Under the pieces are notes generated by a model. That model made no database searches, was not told the DNA's origin, and saw only the letters and a program-made list of their open reading frames with translations. DNA of 26,125 bases from a virus (Duplodnaviria > Caudoviricetes): positions 1 to 26,125 of the IMG/VR virus record IMGVR_UViG_3300045953_000138; one strand, given 5' to 3'. A program made the translations under genes and the position numbers. Shown here one piece after another: positions 18,771 to 25,417 of the stretch (position 1 is its first letter; the number at the start of each line of letters is the position of its first letter).

Positions 18771-18891
18771 GGCGGACTTCCTATGGCTTCCTGACACCAT
18801 TGCCGAGCGAGCCGGACGGGCGCGTGTGGGGAAGGGGTTTTCCGTCCGGCCCGCTGTTCCCCGGCTAGCAAGGGCGGTTGCGCCGGGAAAC

Positions 18892-18917
18892 AAAAAACCC
18901 CCGCGGAAACGCGAGGG
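18892..18917 (-). terminator. Rho-independent terminator at the early/late boundary
   Basis: Minus strand CCCTCGCG-TTTC-CGCGGGGG followed by TTTTTT. Confidence 0.75.
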
Positions 18918-18964
18918 CCATAGAACTGCATCTTGGCGTTTTTACCTCCACTTACCCGACGCCG

Positions 18965-19060
18965 TCAAGCGGTGGCCCACAGGCTCAGCAGCAGGGCGAT
19001 GAGCGCGAGCGCGGCGGCGATGAGCAGCACGCGGGCGCCGCGGCGTTCGAGGCCGGTCAT
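18965..19060 (-). CDS. Tiny single-TM membrane peptide
   Basis: ATGA-coupled to the upstream gene; MTGLERRGARVLLIAAALALIALLLSLWATA. Confidence 0.45.
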   Translation of the reverse strand: MTGLERRGARVLLIAAALALIALLLSLWATA

Positions 19061-19593
19061 GAAAAATCCATTGGTGCAATCGAGGCGTAGCCGAGCGCAA
19101 TAGCTGCGAGCTCCAGCGCCAGCCGGAACTGCTCGGCGAACACCTTGAGCTGCCGCTCGCTCGCGTAGCCGCGCCTGACGCCGGCCTGGTAGAGGAACAT
19201 CCGCTCGGCGAGCACGTCGCGCAGCAGGAAGAACCGGCGCGGCCCGATCTCGGCGCGCAGCTTGCGCAACTCGGCCATTGCCCAGCATACCCGGTCGCCG
19301 ATCGTGGAGACCGCCACGGCGCCGCCGTCGACCGGCGTCTGCGTGGTGTCGACCGCGCCGACGCGGCCGATATCGGCGAGCTCGAACAGTTCCTGCACAT
19401 GCCGGCCGGCGGCGTATTGCGCCTGGTCGATGTGGCCGCGGCGGAACAGCCGGCCGAGCGGATCGTCGCGCAGCGAGGCGAGCGCAAGGATGCGCCCGCC
19501 CGGCTCGTAGGGATCGTCGGCCTCGATCGTGGCGACGTCGGCGTTGTAGGGCGGCGATGCGCGGCGGTCGGGGAGGGCTTGCGGCTTGCTCAT
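19057..19593 (-). CDS. Putative late-gene regulator (DUF6456-like, Q-like position)
   Basis: DPLGRLFRRGHIDQAQYAAG motif and a C-terminal HTH-like region. It is the last large early gene before the terminator and packaging genes. Confidence 0.55.
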   Translation of the reverse strand: MSKPQALPDRRASPPYNADVATIEADDPYEPGGRILALASLRDDPLGRLFRRGHIDQAQYAAGRHVQELFELADIGRVGAVDTTQTPVDGGAVAVSTIGDRVCWAMAELRKLRAEIGPRRFFLLRDVLAERMFLYQAGVRRGYASERQLKVFAEQFRLALELAAIALGYASIAPMDFS

Positions 19594-19594
19594 G

Positions 19595-20144
19595 CGGATC
19601 GCTCCGGCAGGTCGGTTCTCTCTCCAGGAACGGCTCGCTCCGGCAATGCGGTTCTCTCAAGTCGCACGGCTCGCTCCCGTCGTCCGGTTCACTCTCCAGG
19701 AACGGCTCGCTCCGGCATGTCGGTTCTCTTGCCTGCAACGGCTCGCTCTCGTTACACCGTTCTCTCCGACCGCTAGGCTCGCTCCGACGATTCGGTACTC
19801 TCAGTGGTTTCGGCTCGCTCTCTCAACACGGTTCTCTCGCGGTTGACGGCTCGCTCCTTTGCAACAGTTCGCTCTGTAGCACCGGCTCGCTCAGTTATCT
19901 CGGTTCTCTCACTCGTCTCGGCTCGCTCTAGCTCGACGGTTCTCTCACGACGGGCGGCTCGCTCTAGCTTGACGGTTCTCTCGCGAATGGCGGCTCGCTC
20001 TAGCTTGACGGTTCTCTCGCGAATGGCGGCTCGCTCTAGCTTGACGGTTCTCTCGCGAATATCGGCTCGCTTTCACTTCACGGTGCGCTCTAGAGGTTCG
20101 GCTCGCTCGCGCTGTTCGGTCCTCTCAAACCCCCCGGCCTTCAC
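19595..20144 (-). ncRNA. TIGR-like dual-repeat guide array, 15 x 36-bp units (downstream of tas)
   Basis: Plus-strand CGGCTCGCTC-type repeat every 36 bp from 19595 to 20099 (degenerate copy at 20135). It alternates with a CGGTTCTCTC-type repeat offset by 18 bp. Variable spacers are 8 nt and there are no indels. Confidence 0.9.
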
Positions 20145-20938
20145 GGCCTGCGCACATGCGCGTGGCCGAGAATGGCGATCGGATACGGCAGCGGCGGCTC
20201 CCTGCCGTACTCGTGGCGATACCACTCGCCATGTAGATCGGACAAGAACTGCTTGACCGCATAGCGCGTCGCCCGCAGGTCGAGCCGGCCGGGCGGCAGG
20301 CGCCCGCGCTCGTAGTGCGCGCGCTGCTCCGCCGTCATCCGCGGCCCGCGCGCCGCGAGATCGGACTTGCACAGCTCCGCATGCTCGCCGCGCTGATCGC
20401 GCGCGATCTCGTACCGCTTGCGCTGCAGGTAAAGGTGGCCATAGACGCAGCCCTCGTGCCCGGAGAATTTCTTGAAGCTCTCGCCCAGCTTCCAGCACAA
20501 GACCTTCAAGCCGGCGTTGTATGGCCGCTTCTGGCCCTTGCCCCATTTCAGCGTCGGATCGAGGCCGGCGAAGCGCCAGATGTGGCCGACCGTCGGCGCG
20601 GCCTTGATGTCGATATGCGCCAGCAGGCCGGCCGCGATCACCGGGCCGATGCCGACGATGCCGCGCGTCCATGCGCCCATCGGATGCGCGCTCGAGTAGC
20701 GGTCGAGCGCCGCCTTGACCTGGTTCTCCATGAACATGGCGTTGCTGGAAAACCAGTCGAGCACGGCATGCGGCTCGTCCGCCATGGCGCGGCGGCGGTT
20801 GTCCTGCACGATGCGCTGTTTCTGCATCGAGTAGTAGCCGTCGACCAGGAAGCGAACCTCCTGGTCGGACAGCGTGCGCGCCGCCTCGCGCAGGTCTTTC
20901 GACAGACGCTGCACGGCTTCCTGGTCGAGATAGGTCAT
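20141..20938 (-). CDS. tasA: TasA-like Nop-domain RNA-guided DNA-binding protein (no nuclease domain), 265 aa
   Basis: Coiled-coil N-terminus (LVDGYYSMQKQRI). GIVGIGPVIAAGLL..WRFAGLDP, YNAGLK and RATRYAVKQFL match the IS110 C-terminal/Nop fold. No DEDD RuvC or HNH domain. Flanked by 36-bp arrays. Confidence 0.85.
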   Translation of the reverse strand: MTYLDQEAVQRLSKDLREAARTLSDQEVRFLVDGYYSMQKQRIVQDNRRRAMADEPHAVLDWFSSNAMFMENQVKAALDRYSSAHPMGAWTRGIVGIGPVIAAGLLAHIDIKAAPTVGHIWRFAGLDPTLKWGKGQKRPYNAGLKVLCWKLGESFKKFSGHEGCVYGHLYLQRKRYEIARDQRGEHAELCKSDLAARGPRMTAEQRAHYERGRLPPGRLDLRATRYAVKQFLSDLHGEWYRHEYGREPPLPYPIAILGHAHVRRP

Positions 20939-21126
20939 GGCCGCTCCCACATGTCGGTTCTCTCAGCACATACGGCTCGCTCACTTCGAACGGTTCACTC
21001 TGATCAACCGGCTCGCTCGCTCTTGACGGTGCTCTCGCCTGCGATGGCTCACTCATCACCGACGGTCCTCTCGAAGTCTGCGGCTCGCTCTGGAACTTCG
21101 GTTCTCTCACGAACAACGGCTCACTC
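20937..21126 (-). ncRNA. TIGR-like dual-repeat guide array, 5 x 36-bp units (upstream of tas)
   Basis: Same two repeats: type 1 at 20973, 21009, 21045, 21081, 21117 (degenerate at 20937); type 2 at 20955, 20991, 21027, 21063, 21099. Confidence 0.88.
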
Positions 21127-21128
21127 AG

Positions 21129-21320
21129 TCATGGCGGCTGCTCCTGTTCGGCCTCCTCGCGCAGGCGGTTGAGCGTTTCGAGCACGGCTTGCATGCGCTG
21201 CATGTGCAATTCGGCCACCGACTGGCGCATTTTTCCGCTTGCCACTTGGCTAGCGTAGACGCGCCGGCGCAGCGATAATTCTCTTTCGACTTCCTCGATC
21301 TGCTGGTTGAGCGAGATCAT
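21129..21320 (-). CDS. Hypothetical phage protein (63 aa)
   Basis: QQIEEVERELSLRRRVY..V..GKM helical small protein; starts 3 nt after the upstream stop. Confidence 0.7.
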   Translation of the reverse strand: MISLNQQIEEVERELSLRRRVYASQVASGKMRQSVAELHMQRMQAVLETLNRLREEAEQEQPP

Positions 21321-21323
21321 AGC

Positions 21324-22124
21324 CTAAGCCCCCTTGCCGCCGTTGGTCGGTCGCCATTGCTTGCCGTCCCAGGCATAGCCCTTGCCGGCCATGAAGGCGT
21401 CCTGCTCTTCCAGAGTCATCGTCGGTTGGCTCGGCTGCGTTTCCGTCCAGCGCTTGTCGTCGAGCCAGCGGGCGGCGCTGGCGATGTAGCGCGTGCCGAC
21501 ATTGCCGAGCCTGGCCTGCGCCTCGGCATAGCCCTTGGCGCCGTCGACGATGGCTTGCGGGTCAACCCCGTCCTCGACTGCTTGGCCGAAGGACTCGCGA
21601 GCCGCTTGCTCGCTGTTGCCGCCCTCGCGTTCCGGGTAGCTCTGCCAGAAGCGCTGGAAGCTTTCTTCCTGATCGAATTTTTCCTCGCGCGCGCGCGAAG
21701 ACGCGAGAGATGTATCTTCCTTCTTGGAGGAAGATACATCTTGAGAGTCTGGAGTATGGAGTAAGGTAGGTAGAGGCTTGGTACTACCACGGTAATACCG
21801 AGCCTTTACCGCGGTAGACTGCCGCTCGTGATATTTCAATGAGTTAGCCAATTCCTTGCCGATCCGCTTGTGGGAAAGCATGGGGGGGATGCTGGCGTCC
21901 GGCATGAACAGCGCACGCAGCTTGTCCCGGCTGGCTTTCCACTGCTTATGGTGGAGGTGGCAGATTGCCATCAGTTGCCGGTCATCGTCCGGGATATTGC
22001 CGCCATGCACCCACGCATACCCGAGCAAGAATTGATACGCCGAACGCTCGATGTGCGTCAGGTGCAGCGTATCGCGCCAGTAGTCGCCCCAGTGCCATTG
22101 CATCGTGTGCGGCGCGTGCGTCAT
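21324..22124 (-). CDS. DUF1376/YdaU-like replication initiator
   Basis: MQWHWGDYWRDTLHL..ERSAY..LL...W..G.IPDDD..L..I N-terminal domain, S/K-rich linker, and FQRFWQSYP...ARWLDDKRW C-terminal domain. ATGA-coupled start. Confidence 0.8.
   Translation of the reverse strand: MTHAPHTMQWHWGDYWRDTLHLTHIERSAYQFLLGYAWVHGGNIPDDDRQLMAICHLHHKQWKASRDKLRALFMPDASIPPMLSHKRIGKELANSLKYHERQSTAVKARYYRGSTKPLPTLLHTPDSQDVSSSKKEDTSLASSRAREEKFDQEESFQRFWQSYPEREGGNSEQAARESFGQAVEDGVDPQAIVDGAKGYAEAQARLGNVGTRYIASAARWLDDKRWTETQPSQPTMTLEEQDAFMAGKGYAWDGKQWRPTNGGKGA
21685..21820. repeat. Inverted repeat and short GGTA repeats; putative intragenic replication origin
   Basis: AGATGTATCTTCCT (21708-21721) and AGGAAGATACATCT (21728-21741) are perfect 14-bp arms. 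Clustered GGTA/TACC words in a locally AT-richer stretch. Confidence 0.5.
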
Positions 22125-22396
22125 GGCCGATCGTCCGGATCGTGGTTGCGCATGAACAGGTGGGCCGTGTTGAGCAACGCTTTGACGTTGACGCGGATGG
22201 CGGCCCATTCTTTGGCTGTGACGCCGATAATCTGGGCGAGCTCGGCATCGCTATCGGGCAATGAACCATGACGATGCCGGTGCATCATCAGACGGAAAAA
22301 AGCGCCAAATTCCAATGCACTGCAATCGCGCGTCGCCTCCAAGAATGCGACCGTATGAATAAAGATCGGGCGATCGTCGTCGCCGATAGCGCTCAC
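22121..22396 (-). CDS. Short second DUF1376-like protein (91 aa)
   Basis: GTG start with GGAGG RBS; FLEATRDCSALEFGAFFRLMM..GSLPDSDAELAQIIG..EW. Confidence 0.65.
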   Translation of the reverse strand: MSAIGDDDRPIFIHTVAFLEATRDCSALEFGAFFRLMMHRHRHGSLPDSDAELAQIIGVTAKEWAAIRVNVKALLNTAHLFMRNHDPDDRP

Positions 22397-22545
22397 GGCC
22401 TCTCCTCCCGGATGCCGATGCAGCGCAGGCCGCAGTCGCGCAGCAGCCGCTTGAGCAGCCGCCGCAGGGCGTGCAGCCCCGCGCGCTCGTCGGCCGCCAG
22501 CACGCGGATCACGTAGACGCGCGGCAGGCGCGGCGGCGCGGTCAT
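22393..22545 (-). CDS. Small hypothetical protein (50 aa)
   Basis: MTAPPRLPRVYVIRVLAADERAGLHALRRLLKRLLRDCGLRCIGIREERP; its stop overlaps the next GTG (GTGA). Confidence 0.55.
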   Translation of the reverse strand: MTAPPRLPRVYVIRVLAADERAGLHALRRLLKRLLRDCGLRCIGIREERP

Positions 22546-22556
22546 GCGGATGCCCC

Positions 22557-22585
22557 TTGACGCGGCTGGTTTTTGTCGTTACATA
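22557..22585 (+). promoter_or_regulatory. Putative sigma70 promoter, probably leaderless
   Basis: TTGACG-N17-TACATA ending 7 nt before ATG 22593; no SD sequence. Confidence 0.45.
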
Positions 22586-22592
22586 AACGGGT

Positions 22593-22802
22593 ATGGCTGA
22601 AGTGACCCTGGAATTCATCGGCGAACGGCTGGAGCGTATCCAGGCCGACTTGGCGGCGGTGCGCGCCGATATCGCCGACATAAAAGCCGACATCACTGTG
22701 CTGACCGGCATGGTGCTGCGCCTCGAGCGCGGCATGGTGCAGATGCGCGACGGCTTGGCCTCCCTGTCCGAGCGCGTGCGCAAGCTGGAACAGACCGAAT
22801 AG
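22593..22802 (+). CDS. Small coiled-coil protein (69 aa)
   Basis: Heptad pattern LERIQADLAAVRADIADIKADI; GC3-rich codons. Confidence 0.75.
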   Translation: MAEVTLEFIGERLERIQADLAAVRADIADIKADITVLTGMVLRLERGMVQMRDGLASLSERVRKLEQTE

Positions 22803-22809
22803 CTCGCTT

Positions 22810-23163
22810 ATGCCGACGGTTCGCATGACGCTTGAAGAGGCGCGCAAGTTCAAATTGACGCGCGCGGAAAAGCGGCGGCTCGATGCGATGACCGACGCCG
22901 AGATCACGGCGGCGGCGAAGGCCGATCCCGATAATCCGCCGCTCACCGATGCCGAGTTCGCGCTGATGCGCAAGCTGCGGCGCGGCGGCCGGCCGCCGGT
23001 GGCGGAAGCCGAGCGCAAGGTGCAGGTGACGCTGCGGCTGCCGCGGCGCGTGCTCGATTGGTACCGCGCCTCCGGCCCCGGCTGGCAGACGCGCATGGGC
23101 GCAACGCTCGCCCGCGCGGCGCCGGCGGGCCCCATCCCGGCCAAGCGGCGTAAGGCGAAATAG
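22810..23163 (+). CDS. BrnA-family antitoxin-like protein
   Basis: MTDAEI.AAA..DPDNPPLT and GRPP....KVQVTLRL...VLDWYRASGPGWQTRM, the BrnA RHH signature. Confidence 0.85.
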   Translation: MPTVRMTLEEARKFKLTRAEKRRLDAMTDAEITAAAKADPDNPPLTDAEFALMRKLRRGGRPPVAEAERKVQVTLRLPRRVLDWYRASGPGWQTRMGATLARAAPAGPIPAKRRKAK

Positions 23164-23165
23164 CC

Positions 23166-23387
23166 ATGAAACGAGCCATCGGCTGGATCGTCAGTTGGGC
23201 GCTCTTTTGGCTGGGTCATGGCGTATCGCGTCTGTTTCGGCTGAAGCTGGTTGATCGGCTCGATCAATTGCATCCTTACCCGCTGTATTGCTGGTTCATG
23301 GGAACCTCGCTCGACGTGCAAGATTGGGCCGGCAATGATGGACCGTGGAAACGGCCGGCGCCCCGTGACCGCCAACCCGAGTGCTGA
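23166..23387 (+). CDS. Hypothetical protein with hydrophobic N-terminus
   Basis: Starts 2 nt after the brnA-like stop; Trp-rich. Confidence 0.55.
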   Translation: MKRAIGWIVSWALFWLGHGVSRLFRLKLVDRLDQLHPYPLYCWFMGTSLDVQDWAGNDGPWKRPAPRDRQPEC

Positions 23388-23408
23388 GACGACGGCAGGG
23401 CGACACAA

Positions 23409-23768
23409 TCATGTGGCCTCGCTCTGCGCCATCGCCGCGTCCCCGCGCAGGCGGGGATCCGGGTCGAGATCGTGCGCCGCGCTCGCGGAAAACACCGCGT
23501 CGGTTAAGCCGCGCAGCCCCTCGCTCCTAGGGTCGCTCGCCCAGCCGCAGTTGCACCAGGCGAGCGTGACGCCGCCGCGAGAACTGAGAATGGGAACGAG
23601 GCGCGAGCTGTGCTCCGCTTCACCCGATCGACCGCAACCGGCGTTGATGCCCAAGGCAGCGCAACTACATCGGCGCAGAAATCGGAGGGTCCGCCCTATA
23701 ACGGACCGCTGGGGGCCTTGCGAGCCGTACCAGACGCCTCTGGGGTATTTTGGGTGAGGCGCGATCAT
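23409..23768 (-). CDS. Hypothetical Cys-containing protein (doubtful)
   Basis: ATGA-coupled to the upstream small ORF, but with atypical composition. Confidence 0.3.
   Translation of the reverse strand: MIAPHPKYPRGVWYGSQGPQRSVIGRTLRFLRRCSCAALGINAGCGRSGEAEHSSRLVPILSSRGGVTLAWCNCGWASDPRSEGLRGLTDAVFSASAAHDLDPDPRLRGDAAMAQSEAT
23440..23460. repeat. REP-like palindrome at a convergent junction
   Basis: TCCCCGC-GCAG-GCGGGGA followed by TCC. Confidence 0.5.
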
Positions 23769-23911
23769 CGCCGGGCCTCGGAAAGAAAAGGCGGCGCACC
23801 AATCGCCGCAGTTGCCGACAGCTGTGCGTCGGAGCTGTTAACAGCCTCGACCATGGCGGCCAATGCCTCGCGGTGCTGATCGGCAAGGCCGGCGGGATCG
23901 TCAGGCGACAT
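23765..23911 (-). CDS. Small hypothetical protein (48 aa)
   Basis: MSPDDPAGLADQHREALAAM...; start overlaps the end of the MT-A70 gene. Confidence 0.3.
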   Translation of the reverse strand: MSPDDPAGLADQHREALAAMVEAVNSSDAQLSATAAIGAPPFLSEARR

Positions 23912-24518
23912 TGAAGCGCCTCGTGTCGTTGCCCCAGACCGTCCAACCCCGCCGCTCCTGCCGCGCGAATAATTCGAGGTAAGGCCCAGCGACTAGCCGT
24001 TCGATCCGCTCATGCACGCAGTCGGGCTTGCGGGAATGCTCGCGCCCCGGCTCAATTATCGCTTGTCGCACATCGGCGTTAAGGCGCTTGGGCTTGCCGC
24101 GGGTGGCGAGCAAGCATGGTTCGGTATTGGCGCGGGTCCAGTAGCCCATGCCCATAGATGCGGGAATCGACCGCTCGAATAATTCGATTTGTCCGGCATG
24201 GGCTTTCGTCCAATCGAACGCACATGTTTTGTAAGCGAATCCCCACGCGCTGAGGAGCGATATGGCATCTTCTAGGTTCGGCCACGTCACCCAAAGGAAC
24301 AACGCACAATCGTCGGCCGCCAAGCTGGCAACCGGCAGCCCGCGCAAGTCGTCAATAGGCATTGTGTTGTAGTGTGTGGCGGCCGAGACGTTCGTTCCGG
24401 CGCCGCGCCGCCGGATTGCCTCGCGGTTATCCCATGTGCGGAATCGCCACGGCGGGTCGGCGAGGATCGCGCCGAAATGGTTGCGCGGCAGGCCGGCAAA
24501 GGCGTCGGGCGCGGTCAT
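23901..24518 (-). CDS. MT-A70 family adenine methyltransferase
   Basis: ILADPPW, HYNTM, LFLWVT, WGFAYKT, GMGYWTRANTE.CLL, REHSRKP and LELFAR motifs. Confidence 0.92.
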   Translation of the reverse strand: MTAPDAFAGLPRNHFGAILADPPWRFRTWDNREAIRRRGAGTNVSAATHYNTMPIDDLRGLPVASLAADDCALFLWVTWPNLEDAISLLSAWGFAYKTCAFDWTKAHAGQIELFERSIPASMGMGYWTRANTEPCLLATRGKPKRLNADVRQAIIEPGREHSRKPDCVHERIERLVAGPYLELFARQERRGWTVWGNDTRRFNVA

Positions 24519-25417
24519 GGCGCGCCCTCCTCGGCCAGGCCTGCGAACAATGGCGCGCGCATCGCATCGAGCGCTTCGTAGGCTTGGCGGTTGAGCCACA
24601 GGCATTCGGTGCGCGGCCTCGCCCCATCGGCATACGCTTGCGTCTCGCTGCGCCGCCACCCGGGCAGCAGCTCGTCGTAATCGGGCGACGGATAGCCTGA
24701 GAGCGCTACCATGCCGTCGAGCAGCCGCAGCGTGTCAAGCAAGCGGACGTGTCCTGCCCGATCGATCTCATGCGTGTAGGCGACGTATCCGTTGCCCTTG
24801 CGGTTTCCTATGCGGCTGCGCGTTTCGGGCATGTAGGGCGGATCGCAATAGAACAGCACATCATCGCCGTCGTGCTGGCGCATCAGCTCGATGGCGTCGC
24901 GGTTCTCGATGCACACGCCGTCGAGGCGCACGATCGCTCTTTGCAGGGCGTCGGGGTAGCGCGCCCAATCGTGCGAAGGGATCGTGCTGAACGGTGATCT
25001 AGCGCTTCGAGTGGTGTTGTTGCGGAAGCCTGTCGCCCCGGCAAGCGCGACGTTGCTTACCGAGCCAATGCCCATAAACGAACGAATGATCAATCGCCGC
25101 GCGCGCTCGATCGCGTCGTCCGTCGTCTGATATGCGAGCTCGAATTCACGCCGGGCGAAAGGTGTCAATCGCAACGCTTCCAGCAACCGCGCCGAACGGC
25201 CGACGTCGCGCAAGATGCAAAACAGATTGACGGCCTCATCGTCGAGATCGTTCCAGAGCTCAGCGAAACTGCGCTCCTTGCGCAGAAGCACGCTCGCCGC
25301 CCCGCCGAACGGCTCGACGTACACGCGGTGCGGCGGGAAATGCGCAATGATCCAAGGAGCGAGTTTCCATTTTCCGCCGTGCCATCTCAAAACCGGTCGG
25401 GTGGGCGCGGTCGTCAC
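24515..25417 (-). CDS. Dam-like (D12 class) N6-adenine DNA methyltransferase
   Basis: LRWHGGK, YVEPFGGAASV, NDLD and FYCDPPY motifs. Confidence 0.93.
   Translation of the reverse strand: MTTAPTRPVLRWHGGKWKLAPWIIAHFPPHRVYVEPFGGAASVLLRKERSFAELWNDLDDEAVNLFCILRDVGRSARLLEALRLTPFARREFELAYQTTDDAIERARRLIIRSFMGIGSVSNVALAGATGFRNNTTRSARSPFSTIPSHDWARYPDALQRAIVRLDGVCIENRDAIELMRQHDGDDVLFYCDPPYMPETRSRIGNRKGNGYVAYTHEIDRAGHVRLLDTLRLLDGMVALSGYPSPDYDELLPGWRRSETQAYADGARPRTECLWLNRQAYEALDAMRAPLFAGLAEEGAP

Noticed and set aside
20141-20938. IS110-family transposase / insertion sequence
   Set aside because: Only the C-terminal Nop-like part is present. There is no DEDD RuvC domain and no SG serine motif, and the flanks are periodic arrays rather than IS ends.
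18965-21116. Repeat-protein ORFs through the arrays (18965-19738, 19278-19931, 19804-20256, 20073-21116)
   Set aside because: The 18/36-bp period keeps frames open on both strands, and the ORFs overlap real genes. They are most likely artefacts.
19595-21126. CRISPR array
   Set aside because: The repeats are 10 nt and of two alternating types with 8-nt spacers, and no cas genes are present.
23901-25417. Restriction-modification system
   Set aside because: No endonuclease gene is adjacent, so these are orphan methyltransferases.
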